From NCBI GenBank assembly GCA_964425575.1, contig CAYRMN010000006.1:1140-44963 (forward strand): a DNA stretch of 43,824 nucleotides, in the 5' to 3' direction. This document shows, in pieces, positions 34,017 to 42,924 of the stretch. The notes under the pieces were generated by a model. It saw only the letters and a program-made list of their open reading frames with translations. It made no database searches and had not been told where the DNA came from. This DNA comes from an uncultured Gammaproteobacteria bacterium (GTDB lineage Bacteria; Patescibacteriota; Patescibacteriia; 2-12-FULL-60-25). The translations under genes and the position numbers were made by a program. The number at the start of each line of letters is the position of its first letter. Position 1 is the first letter of the stretch.

Positions 34017-35098
34017 AGATTGTTCATATTTCCTGCGTGGCGCCCCCGGATATCGGGGGAATCGGCCGTGTGGCGTTCAAAGAAGCCGAGCTTCTTCAAG
34101 CCCGCGGCATCGAAGCAAGTGTTGTCTCGCTTAGTACACACGCGGGGTTTCGCGTGGGGAATGTAGGCTTCATCTTTGCCCTCGAACATCTCGTTCGTGA
34201 GGCAGATATCGTACACCTCCACTATCCGTTTTATGGTACACAGGAAATCGTCTGGTGGTTGAAGTCACGCAAGAAGATCAAGAAATTGGTGATGACTCTG
34301 CATATGGATGCCACAGCTGGCGGATGGAAATGGTTGGCTGCCAATATCCATCGTGCGTTCATTCAGGACCATCTCTTGAAACAGGCGGACACGCTCATTG
34401 TCTCTTCAAGGGATTACGCTGAGCATTCCTCATATCGAGATATGGCATCGAAAACGATCGAACTTCCGTTTGGAGTTGATGAAGATATTTTCTGTCCGGG
34501 ACCAGCACGACGTGAGTTGTTTGGTCTTCCAGCGAACGCGCAGGTCATTACGTTTGTTGGTGGGATGGATCAGGCGCATGCATTCAAGGGAGTAGATGTG
34601 CTGCTTGAGGCTATAGCTCGTGTGCCAAATGTGCATCTTCTGTTGGTAGGAGAGGGAGCGCTGCGAACGCAATATGAACAACACGCCGAGCGTCTCGGTA
34701 TAGATCCGCGTTGTCATTTCGTTGGAAGAGTTGAGGAGCCGCAGTTGGTAGAAGCGTATCGAGCTGGGGATGTTCTGGCGTTTCCCTCTATTTCCGGAGC
34801 CGAAGCCTTTGGACTCGTGGCAGTCGAGGCTCAGGCGTGTGGGATTCCCGTCGTGGCTTCGGCGTTGCCTGGGGTGAGAACAGTAGTGGCGCATGAGGAG
34901 ACAGGCCTACTGGTTCCTCCGCGAGAACCTGCTAGTCTCGCGACGGCTCTATCTCGTCTGTTAGAAGACGTGGCATTGCGCGCGCGTATGGGGCAACGTA
35001 CTCGCGAGCGCGTGTTGGAGCGTTTTACATGGACACGGCATATCGATGAGTTGATAAAAATGTATGAAGGCATTACGGATCGCCATTTTCACCAATGA
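34013..35098 (+). CDS. GT4 (group 1) glycosyltransferase
   Basis: MKIVHIS...GGIGRV N-domain and the C-domain EAFGLVAVEAQACGIPVVAS...ETGLLV (EX7E-type). Confidence 0.88.
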   Translation: MKIVHISCVAPPDIGGIGRVAFKEAELLQARGIEASVVSLSTHAGFRVGNVGFIFALEHLVREADIVHLHYPFYGTQEIVWWLKSRKKIKKLVMTLHMDATAGGWKWLAANIHRAFIQDHLLKQADTLIVSSRDYAEHSSYRDMASKTIELPFGVDEDIFCPGPARRELFGLPANAQVITFVGGMDQAHAFKGVDVLLEAIARVPNVHLLLVGEGALRTQYEQHAERLGIDPRCHFVGRVEEPQLVEAYRAGDVLAFPSISGAEAFGLVAVEAQACGIPVVASALPGVRTVVAHEETGLLVPPREPASLATALSRLLEDVALRARMGQRTRERVLERFTWTRHIDELIKMYEGITDRHFHQ

Positions 35099-36203
35099 TT
35101 ATCCGCCTCGCGCACGCGGGGGCGCGGGTGTGATTGCACATATCCAGGCGCAGGAGCTGGAGCGGCGTGGTCATGTCGTTCGGGTATTTGAGTGTCCGCC
35201 GACCTTTCTATCTTCTCCGATCATTGTTCGGTTGCTTCATCACGTGCGAGATCTTTGGCCACGAACACAATATAGACAATCAATTGTGGAGTGGAAGCCA
35301 GATATTTTGTTGACGCATAATTTGACGGGCGGCGGAATAGGCACGCCTAGCTCGATTCAGGCAGAAGGAATTCCATGGGTGCATATATTGCATGATGTGC
35401 AGCTTATCGAGCCGTCGGGGCAGATTGTGGCAGGTGAGTTGTATCCATTTCTTCGAGCTGTTTGGCGGAAGATGTGGGCGAGATTGCGTCGAGCAGCTTT
35501 TGGCGCCCCTCATGTCGTTATTTCCCCGACACGATGGCTGTTGAGTTTTCATGAGCGATACGGATTTTTTGGTTCTTCGCAAAAAAAGGTTATTCCAAAT
35601 CCGTTGCCAAAAAATATTCATGATGGGCCCCTCGTAGGGGCGAACCCATGTGTTCGCCTTTCAGAGGACGTATCCATGTTATACGTCGGTCGTCTTGATT
35701 ACGATAAGGGCGTTGATGTGTTGTATGAAGCATGGAAACGCATGGGCGATGATCGTCCTGTATTAACCCTGGTAGGTAATGGAAAGCTCCGAGCGGAGTT
35801 GGAAGAGAAGCAGAAGCACGATGATCGTTTACGCGTTGTGGGTTCCGAGCCTCATGAGCGCGTGCTAGAACGCATGCATGAGAGCGCGATTGTGGTTGTG
35901 CCGTCGCGTGTATATGAAAATCAATCAACTGTTATCCTTGAGGCATTAGCTTGCGGTTGCCGAGTGATCGCAACAGACGTAGGAGGCATTCCAGAAACGC
36001 TTGGGAATGCAGGTTGGATTGTCACAGCTGGTAATGTTGACCAGTTATATAAGGCATTCGGAGAGGCGCAAAAAAATCTACTCACTGATGAGCAGCATCG
36101 AGAACGTTCCAGGATTCTAGAAGAACACGACATTGTGAGTGTTATGGATGAAGCGGAAAGGATTTTGGAAGAGCTTGGAGAGAATGTGAGAATCTCCCCC
36201 TAA
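35064..36203 (+). CDS. GT4 (group 1) glycosyltransferase
   Basis: RIAIFTNDYPPRARGGAGV N-domain and the C-domain YENQSTVILEALACGCRVIATDVGGIPE. Overlaps the preceding gene by 35 nt. Confidence 0.85.
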   Translation: MKALRIAIFTNDYPPRARGGAGVIAHIQAQELERRGHVVRVFECPPTFLSSPIIVRLLHHVRDLWPRTQYRQSIVEWKPDILLTHNLTGGGIGTPSSIQAEGIPWVHILHDVQLIEPSGQIVAGELYPFLRAVWRKMWARLRRAAFGAPHVVISPTRWLLSFHERYGFFGSSQKKVIPNPLPKNIHDGPLVGANPCVRLSEDVSMLYVGRLDYDKGVDVLYEAWKRMGDDRPVLTLVGNGKLRAELEEKQKHDDRLRVVGSEPHERVLERMHESAIVVVPSRVYENQSTVILEALACGCRVIATDVGGIPETLGNAGWIVTAGNVDQLYKAFGEAQKNLLTDEQHRERSRILEEHDIVSVMDEAERILEELGENVRISP

Positions 36204-36219
36204 GAGGGATGAAAGGGGT

Positions 36220-38361
36220 TTATTTTAATTCGAATTTATACACGTTTACGTTTCCATCTTCGATGGTCCAGTTACGATCGGCTATCTGGAGTAGTTCTTC
36301 GGAGAGGGTGTCTGCTTTCCACCAGTAGTCATTTAACACGACATAGACGAGATCGGTTTTTCCGAGTCGAGCAGCTTCAGCGATCGTATCGCGTGACGGT
36401 TCTTGATAGGTTATGCGCAAAAATAATTCGTAGAGCGAGCCACCTGTTGGAATTGGATAGAAAAAAATGTCATCAACATAGCGCTTGAATCCAAGCGTCG
36501 CCACAGCTGCCGCGGATACGCTTTGATTCGCGAGAACGATATAATCGCGTCCATCCGCATCGCGCTCAATTCGTTTGACGGCCTCTATATCTGCGGCGCT
36601 CGTACTCCACCCATGCCCAACAACGAGGGCGTCATGGCGGGGCAGGCTATTGTAGACAGCGGCAGTCGCAAGGGCAATGAAAAAGAGCATGAGTCCAATG
36701 ATCATCAGCCGTGAGATGCGAGCGGCATGTTCAGCAAGTAAACGAAAAAAAGGCAGCGTAGCCGGAAGAAGACAGAATAGACTGAGTAGAAATAAACGAT
36801 CAGCGTAATTACCTCGCTCGTAATCAATTAAAAAGGTAAAATCGCCTGTCGCTTTTAGAAGTGTGGCTGCAATCCAAAGTCCTGCGGCTGAACCCAGCCA
36901 TGCGAGTTGCATAGAACGGGATTTGCCGGACGTATACACGAATCCCATAATCCCGAGCACACAGAGAACGATCGGAAGTGCCTGGAGAGTTAAGCTGGAC
37001 CAGGCCGGCCACAGCGAGGACGTGTAGCCAATAAACGGATTGAGGCTCGATAGAATGCTGATCCAGGAGTCGGGAAGAAACAGAGAGTTGATATTCCATG
37101 CGATCGGTGTTCCACTCTGTGAGCTAATGATAAAGAAGAGGAGTGGAATGCTCACTGACGCCATGAGTACATTTACGCTTAATAATAACCTGCGTGATTG
37201 TGGCGTAGATATGTTTGAACTCAGCACGGCTATGGCCACAAAAAAGAGTGGAATACCTGCCAGCGGGTGAATAGCGATTGCCCAACTGAGGAGAAGCAGG
37301 GGTGCGAGCGAATGTAATTCATCTTCAATACATCCATATGTCAGGAATAACGCAGATAGGCCTAAGACATAGGCGAGGGATTGAGGGGTGGTTGCTACAA
37401 AAGGCGCGAGTGGTAGTAGGCCAAGAACCAAGAAGGAATACAGTCCTAGCTTGTGTCCCCTTGAAGTGAATACTACACAGATGGGAATGAGTAGTGAGGC
37501 CGCAACAGGAACAAGCCAACGGTCAATCAGTGGAAGTGAAAACTCTGTTGTTCTGCTGAGCCAGGTGGTAAAAACGTACTGGCCGATATAATAAAAAGGC
37601 TTAGGATGAAGAGTGCCGGTAGCAAGCAGAATTTTTTCACTCGCCACATGCAGGAACCCATCAAACCCAAAACCGATTTTATAGATGAGTGGAGTAAGGC
37701 TCAGGGTAGTGAAAAAATTGATAATGGCTTGGAATGTGGTGAGCCAACGGTTTTGTATCCATATTATCGAAACGGCAAATATCAGCCACATGGCGGCGAT
37801 AATGAGGAGGGTGGATGATGGGAGGAGCGGCCAAGGCGTGCGGATAGAAGCGACTGTTGCAGCCTGTATCGCATGGCGCAGAATATGAATAGACAGGAAG
37901 AGGCTCGTGACACCAAGCAGACAGCCAAAGACGACTTTCTGTAGTTTTTTATTCTCGTAAAGATTGGAATTTTGCTCGTTGCTTCTCGTCGTTCGAATGC
38001 ACACTGATCCAATGTGAATCAAAAGTGTGCTCATGACATAGGCCAAGAGATCTGTTGATGCTCCGAGTGGGATATCGATGTAGTAATACGCCGTTTGAAG
38101 AATGCTTTGAAGAGCGAGGACGAGAATAAAACCAGGTAGCACTGCATAGCCCGGATGGAGATGGGGAAATGTGTAGGTTCCAATGACGTAGGCATTGAAG
38201 AGGAGAGTGAAGAGAAAAAGAAATGAACGAAGGACATGTATTGAATCAGGTAGCAGAGGACTAAGCGCGAGAAGCAGGATCAAAACAAGCCCAACCCATG
38301 TAGGGGCGGGGTTTCCCCGCCCTCCGACATGCCGAACAATAGAGATGACGCCGCAGAACAT
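36220..38361 (-). CDS. large polytopic membrane protein with a C-terminal extracytoplasmic domain (GT-C-like candidate)
   Basis: More than 15 hydrophobic segments, followed by a ~170-aa soluble tail. Start placed at the ATG at 38361, because the longest ORF (GTG at 38430) abuts the divergent Mur ligase ATG. The family was not recognised at motif level. Confidence 0.7.
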   Translation of the reverse strand: MFCGVISIVRHVGGRGNPAPTWVGLVLILLLALSPLLPDSIHVLRSFLFLFTLLFNAYVIGTYTFPHLHPGYAVLPGFILVLALQSILQTAYYYIDIPLGASTDLLAYVMSTLLIHIGSVCIRTTRSNEQNSNLYENKKLQKVVFGCLLGVTSLFLSIHILRHAIQAATVASIRTPWPLLPSSTLLIIAAMWLIFAVSIIWIQNRWLTTFQAIINFFTTLSLTPLIYKIGFGFDGFLHVASEKILLATGTLHPKPFYYIGQYVFTTWLSRTTEFSLPLIDRWLVPVAASLLIPICVVFTSRGHKLGLYSFLVLGLLPLAPFVATTPQSLAYVLGLSALFLTYGCIEDELHSLAPLLLLSWAIAIHPLAGIPLFFVAIAVLSSNISTPQSRRLLLSVNVLMASVSIPLLFFIISSQSGTPIAWNINSLFLPDSWISILSSLNPFIGYTSSLWPAWSSLTLQALPIVLCVLGIMGFVYTSGKSRSMQLAWLGSAAGLWIAATLLKATGDFTFLIDYERGNYADRLFLLSLFCLLPATLPFFRLLAEHAARISRLMIIGLMLFFIALATAAVYNSLPRHDALVVGHGWSTSAADIEAVKRIERDADGRDYIVLANQSVSAAAVATLGFKRYVDDIFFYPIPTGGSLYELFLRITYQEPSRDTIAEAARLGKTDLVYVVLNDYWWKADTLSEELLQIADRNWTIEDGNVNVYKFELK

Positions 38362-38430
38362 ATCAAATACAGAAGTAATGGTAGCACAAAATGTGTGGTA
38401 TGAATTGCCTGATTGCGTTATTATCTGCAC

Positions 38431-39735
38431 ATGATATCTGCATTACGCGCTCTGGTTCCTGAGCCAATTCTCTCGTTGTACCATCGCTTGCTTTCTTGGT
38501 TTGCGGCAGTTTGGTATCGTCATCCGTCAGAGGAGTTGATCGTGATTGGGGTGACAGGAACGACTGGAAAGACCACGACCTGTTATTTAATAGCAAAAGC
38601 GCTTGAGGCGTCTGGGTATCAGACCGGTTGTACGACAACAGCTCTCTTCAAGATTGGGGAGCGTGAATGGTTGAATGCTACCAAGATGACCATGCTCGGC
38701 CGCTTTCAGTTACAAAAGCTATTACGCGAAATGGTGACTGCTGGATGCCGCTATGCGGTCGTTGAAACCTCTTCTCAGGGGATTGTTCAGCATCGTCATG
38801 CTGCGATCAACTATGACGTGGTTGTTTTTACGAATTTAACACCGGAGCATATTGAGGCCCATGGAGGGTTTGAAAAGTATAAAGCTGCAAAAATAACATT
38901 GTTTACCTATACGGCTTCCTGTTTGCGCAAGACGATTGATGGTGAACGCATTGCAAAAATTTCCGTGCTGAATGCAGATGATCAGTACGCTCGTGATTTT
39001 GCGGTGCCGGGGTTTGATCAGACGTTTTTCTTTGAACTGTCCGCCGCGCTTGATCTTGAAATTGGTTCAGGAAAGACTCATTTTTTTGTCGACAACATTC
39101 CCTTCACCTTACGTCTGCCTGGTGCGGTGAACATACAGAATGCGTTAGCAGCTATTACCGTTTGCAAGTCACTGAAGATGTATCTGCCCGCTGTATCTGA
39201 AAAACTTTTTTCTATTACAAACATGCCAGGGAGATATGAATGGATCAATGGAGGTCAGTCCTGGAAAGTCCTTGTTGATTATGCACATGAGCCCGAGGCA
39301 ATGACACGTCTGTATGAGGCAATGAAGGCGGTGCCTCATCAAAAAATAATTCACGTCATCGGTTCTGCCGGAGGTGGTCGAGATGTGGCGCGTCGTCCGG
39401 TGCTCGGACGATTGGCTGGGGAAAATGCGGATGTGGTTATTGTCACTAATGAAGATCCATATGATGATGATCCACGCACCATCATCGATCAGGTTGCTGA
39501 AGGAGTAAGACAGGCTGGGAAAAAAGATGGGGAATCACTTTTGATTATTGAAGATCGAAAACAGGCCATCAGTGAAGCGATGCGTCGAGCGCAGCCGGGG
39601 GATCTTGTGTTGCTGACTGGCAAAGGAAGTGAGCAGGCGATCTGTCTTGCGAATGGAAAAAAAATGCGGTGGGATGAACGTGAGGTGGCACGGGAGGCGA
39701 TTCGTATAATTTTGAATTCAGAAAAATCGACGTAG
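38431..39735 (+). CDS. murE: Mur ligase family protein, MurE-like with a short N-terminus
   Basis: VIGVTGTTGKTTT P-loop, VETSSQG, VFTNLTPEHIEAHGGFEKYKAAK, and VIVTNEDPYDDDP in the position of the MurE DNPR motif. ATG at 38431. Confidence 0.75.
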   Translation: MISALRALVPEPILSLYHRLLSWFAAVWYRHPSEELIVIGVTGTTGKTTTCYLIAKALEASGYQTGCTTTALFKIGEREWLNATKMTMLGRFQLQKLLREMVTAGCRYAVVETSSQGIVQHRHAAINYDVVVFTNLTPEHIEAHGGFEKYKAAKITLFTYTASCLRKTIDGERIAKISVLNADDQYARDFAVPGFDQTFFFELSAALDLEIGSGKTHFFVDNIPFTLRLPGAVNIQNALAAITVCKSLKMYLPAVSEKLFSITNMPGRYEWINGGQSWKVLVDYAHEPEAMTRLYEAMKAVPHQKIIHVIGSAGGGRDVARRPVLGRLAGENADVVIVTNEDPYDDDPRTIIDQVAEGVRQAGKKDGESLLIIEDRKQAISEAMRRAQPGDLVLLTGKGSEQAICLANGKKMRWDEREVAREAIRIILNSEKST

Positions 39736-39764
39736 GGATAGACCGACGCGCTCAAGGGATGTAC

Positions 39765-39885
39765 TTTTTGCCAAATCGCAAAAGTACCAAAAAAGATTTT
39801 GGGGGCGGCTGACCTCGCTCAACGCTTCGACCAGCTGAAGCTGGTCATCGCTAGATCGCTCGAACAGGCAGGTGCCCCCAAACCC
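39765..39885. repeat. family D repeat, copy 2
   Basis: Same flanks as 18181-18307, but the central hairpin is replaced by GACCAGC-tgaa-GCTGGTC. Confidence 0.85.
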
Positions 39886-40053
39886 CATGGGAAAAATCCG
39901 TGTAGGGGCAGACTTGTATGTCTGCCTTTTGTGTTTGTTTGATGTATCCGATCCTCACGTTCCATCCGGTGATGGGAAGTAAGGGAGGGAAGGGAGCAGC
40001 GAGGGGATAGGTGCTGCTCCCGAAGAGGGGTGTCCCGCCGGGAGGGCGGGAGA

Positions 40054-41610
40054 TCATGCAGTTGTCGGAGAAGGCGCCCATTCCTTCATCCAGCTTTGCA
40101 ACCACTGGAACTGTAGGCGTGCCTCATGAAGCGCATCGAGCACGACCACGATTGATGCTGATTGGTCGATCAAGCGGAGGACTTTCTCAAGAGGAGGTCG
40201 GCAGTTGAAGCGGATACGGGAGCAAGCCGCTTCCATGTTCCGGGAATCATGTTCTTCCGCATCATCTCTCGGCTGGACCGATGCCTCGATTTTGTCGAGC
40301 TTTTTCTGCAGCGCTTCCGCTGCTTCAAGAGCTTGCACGAGCACGTCGAGAGGCTCGCTTCTCCGCGCTGTGAGCAAGCGCGAGATGTTGTCGTTCAGAA
40401 GCGCGATGGTTTGGTTGAGGTTTTCGATGTTCGCCCGATTTCCCTCGGTGAGTCGAACGGTGGCCGTGACATCATCGATCGCTTGACCGATATAGATTTC
40501 GGATGCACCGTCAGCCTCGAATTGAGGATCGCGGTCGCTGAGACTGCTGAGCGCCTGGCGCGCCTGCTGGAGTTCCCGTCGCGTTCGCTCCATGACATCT
40601 TGGGGGAACAACCCATCATTCACGAGCTTTTCGAGCGCTCTCACGCAGACCATGATGGCTCCGTGATGACTTGCTTCCGGTGATAGCACCCTCCGGATAT
40701 ACTCTTGCTTGTGCCAGGCCGACGAGTGTAGCGTGGGCCGCAGGAGGGTGACGACAAACCTGCGTTGTTCTGGTGAGAGATGGTTCTCGAACTCCCCGTG
40801 AAAACGAGCCCGATGCACGAACGCATGATCAGGGCTGAACCATTCGCATGTGGCGAGTACTTCAGCTTCGAGGATCCAGCGCCCGTCGAGGAGCAAGACA
40901 TCAGCGATCACGTGGCCGCAATCGTTGAGCCGAATGTTTCTGAAGGCGCATCCCGCAGCGAGCGCGGTCCTGAGCGAGAGCTCGGCGTACAGCGTTCGTT
41001 GGTTCCTTGTCCAGGCCACCATGACGGCTTTGCCAGGCTGCGGATCGATCTTCGCCGGTTTGCCAAGATCAGCTCGGGCCTGCGCCCAATCGACGATAAC
41101 GGCACCGCTACGTCCTCGTTCGATGCCGGTCGTGATGCTCACCGTCACGAGGCCCTCATCGTGAATCATGAGGGAACTTCCTCGAAGGCGATGGGTAAAT
41201 CGCCAGACCATGCCATATGATGTGATTCCGTAGATTGAGCGTGGGAAGCTTCCGTGAAGCTCCCCTTGCCAGCCCGGCATATCGACATTGAGCCAGGTCT
41301 CGCCGAGATAGTGACCTTCGCGGATCACCTTGAGCATCCGTGCTCGCGCCTCTGCCTCAGAAAGGGCATCGGGATCAAGCGGATGGATGGGCATCACTCG
41401 GTAGAACTTCCCTTTGCCATCAGGCGTGCGCTCAGAGTCATAGGTCACTCGAGCTTGGGTGGTTGTGTTGTGAGCGGGAGCTTGCCCGCTGAAGGCTCGT
41501 TCGATGAACACCCTCTTTCCCAATCGGCCGCCCTCCAGGACTTCTTGTCCTGTCGTCTCGTGGCCATTAAGGAACCAGTGCACCGTGATCGTATTGATTC
41601 CATTTTCCAT
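40054..41610 (-). CDS. hypothetical protein (518 aa): beta-rich N-terminal half and coiled-coil C-terminal half
   Basis: Strong SD AAAGGAGGAG 6 nt before the ATG. Own promoter at 41698-41728. Elevated G+C. No motif recognised. Confidence 0.65.
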   Translation of the reverse strand: MENGINTITVHWFLNGHETTGQEVLEGGRLGKRVFIERAFSGQAPAHNTTTQARVTYDSERTPDGKGKFYRVMPIHPLDPDALSEAEARARMLKVIREGHYLGETWLNVDMPGWQGELHGSFPRSIYGITSYGMVWRFTHRLRGSSLMIHDEGLVTVSITTGIERGRSGAVIVDWAQARADLGKPAKIDPQPGKAVMVAWTRNQRTLYAELSLRTALAAGCAFRNIRLNDCGHVIADVLLLDGRWILEAEVLATCEWFSPDHAFVHRARFHGEFENHLSPEQRRFVVTLLRPTLHSSAWHKQEYIRRVLSPEASHHGAIMVCVRALEKLVNDGLFPQDVMERTRRELQQARQALSSLSDRDPQFEADGASEIYIGQAIDDVTATVRLTEGNRANIENLNQTIALLNDNISRLLTARRSEPLDVLVQALEAAEALQKKLDKIEASVQPRDDAEEHDSRNMEAACSRIRFNCRPPLEKVLRLIDQSASIVVVLDALHEARLQFQWLQSWMKEWAPSPTTA

Positions 41611-41697
41611 GGCTCTCCTCCTTTTTCGAAGAGCGATTCACGACCCGCGGGCCGCTACAGTTATTCATCTCAAAACTGCCAAAATCCGAATAACGTT

Positions 41698-41728
41698 ACA
41701 ATCTAGCAAAAAAATGCTAGATTGTCAA
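41698..41728 (-). promoter_or_regulatory. sigma70-type promoter overlapped by a perfect 11-bp inverted repeat (operator-like)
   Basis: On the minus strand: TTGACA (complement of 41723-41728), 17-nt spacer, TAGATT (complement of 41700-41705). The arms ACAATCTAGCA (41698-41708) and TGCTAGATTGT (41715-41725) span both promoter elements. Confidence 0.6.
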
Positions 41729-41803
41729 GTGTGATTGATACCTTTTTTATCTATCAAATAGGCAACAATTGCCCCCAGCGCCCTTTCCCATTACCATATC
41801 CCC

Positions 41804-42457
41804 ATGTTTCACATCGAAGACGTCCTACAGATGAAAGACGGGGAGGATATCAAGCAGCTGATTCGGCGACATCCGTTGACATTGGTTACACGTTTAACGC
41901 TGTCTTTCTTGTTGATCGTCGTGCCGTTCTTTTTTCTGTTTCCTCTCTTCTCGCTAGGTTTGGTTGGAATGATCCTCTTTTTCATGATTGTCCTTGGGGG
42001 AGTGGTATTCGCTTTTCGAACATTTATCATGTGGGATTCGGATGTGCTCATCCTCACCACCTTACGCGTTGTAGAAGTTGACCAGCGTGGTGTATTTTCG
42101 CGTTTTGTCACCGAAGTTGCGCTTCCATCCATTCAAGATGTGACCTGGAGTCGACATGGCGTGTGGGCGACACTCTTTCGCATGGGAAATGTGGAGATTC
42201 AAACCGGTGGGGCAACGCCACGTATATTGGTTACAAACGTATCTAAGCCAGACATGATTCACGAACTCATAAACGATCTGCGCCATGCCACCGTGCCGAA
42301 GCGAACACATTTGTCTCCGGAACGACAGGAGCGGTTGCGAAAATTGACTAAATTGATGGAGGAGTTGTCAGATGAAGCTCTTGATCGCCTTGAGTCCGGG
42401 ATAAAAAAAGAGGGTCAGGATATTGCAGTAGGGAATTTTTTGAAGAAGCAGTTGTAA
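41804..42457 (+). CDS. membrane protein with a bacterial PH domain (YdbS/YdbT-like)
   Basis: Two TM helices, then ...DSDVLILTTLRVVEVDQRGVFSRFVTEVALPSIQDVTWSRHGVWATLFRMGNVEIQT. Charged C-terminal tail. Confidence 0.72.
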   Translation: MFHIEDVLQMKDGEDIKQLIRRHPLTLVTRLTLSFLLIVVPFFFLFPLFSLGLVGMILFFMIVLGGVVFAFRTFIMWDSDVLILTTLRVVEVDQRGVFSRFVTEVALPSIQDVTWSRHGVWATLFRMGNVEIQTGGATPRILVTNVSKPDMIHELINDLRHATVPKRTHLSPERQERLRKLTKLMEELSDEALDRLESGIKKEGQDIAVGNFLKKQL

Positions 42458-42477
42458 TCATGCTATCCTAGTCCTGC

Positions 42478-42924
42478 ATGCGGCCAACCGGACACGCTGA
42501 ACGAAAAACCTCGTGGCGAACGCTGGTGCGCTGGCCGGTTTTTCTGCTGGCAAATATCACGTTTCTATTCGTGATTGGAGTTTCAACAGCCCGGGAAGTG
42601 TATCGAGGCTGGACAGTGGATCGTGAGATTCATGCGCTCGAAGCTCAAGCAGCTTCACTTGAGGGAAGGAGGATGCAGCTTGAGACGCTAACACATGAGC
42701 TCGTATCAGCCGATCGAGTGGAGTACGAAGCGCGGGCTCGCTTGGGAAAGAAGAAACCCGGGGAACGAGTCATCGTACTTGAAGGGATTGCAACCAGTGG
42801 AACGTGGTCGAATGGAGAATCAGAAGCAGGTCAGGATGTAGAAGATTCAGACAAGAACATGCCGCATGTGCCCGTCTCGAATCCTGAACTATGGTGGAAT
42901 TATTTTTTCTCAAGTAAACGATAA
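42478..42924 (+). CDS. septum formation initiator family protein (FtsB/DivIC-like)
   Basis: Single TM helix, then a coiled coil (REIHALEAQAASLEGRRMQLETLTHEL), then DRVEYEARARLGKKKPGERVIVL. Confidence 0.7.
   Translation: MRPTGHAERKTSWRTLVRWPVFLLANITFLFVIGVSTAREVYRGWTVDREIHALEAQAASLEGRRMQLETLTHELVSADRVEYEARARLGKKKPGERVIVLEGIATSGTWSNGESEAGQDVEDSDKNMPHVPVSNPELWWNYFFSSKR

Noticed and set aside
38362-38430. Longer version of the polytopic membrane protein starting at GTG 38430
   Set aside because: That start would abut the divergent Mur ligase ATG (38431) with zero intergenic space, leaving no room for two promoters. The ATG at 38361 is preferred, though neither start has an SD.
4814-39885. CRISPR array hypothesis for the recurring palindromic repeats
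   Set aside because: The copies are kilobases apart, are 70-125 nt long and belong to different families. They are not regularly interspaced with unique spacers, and no cas genes are present.
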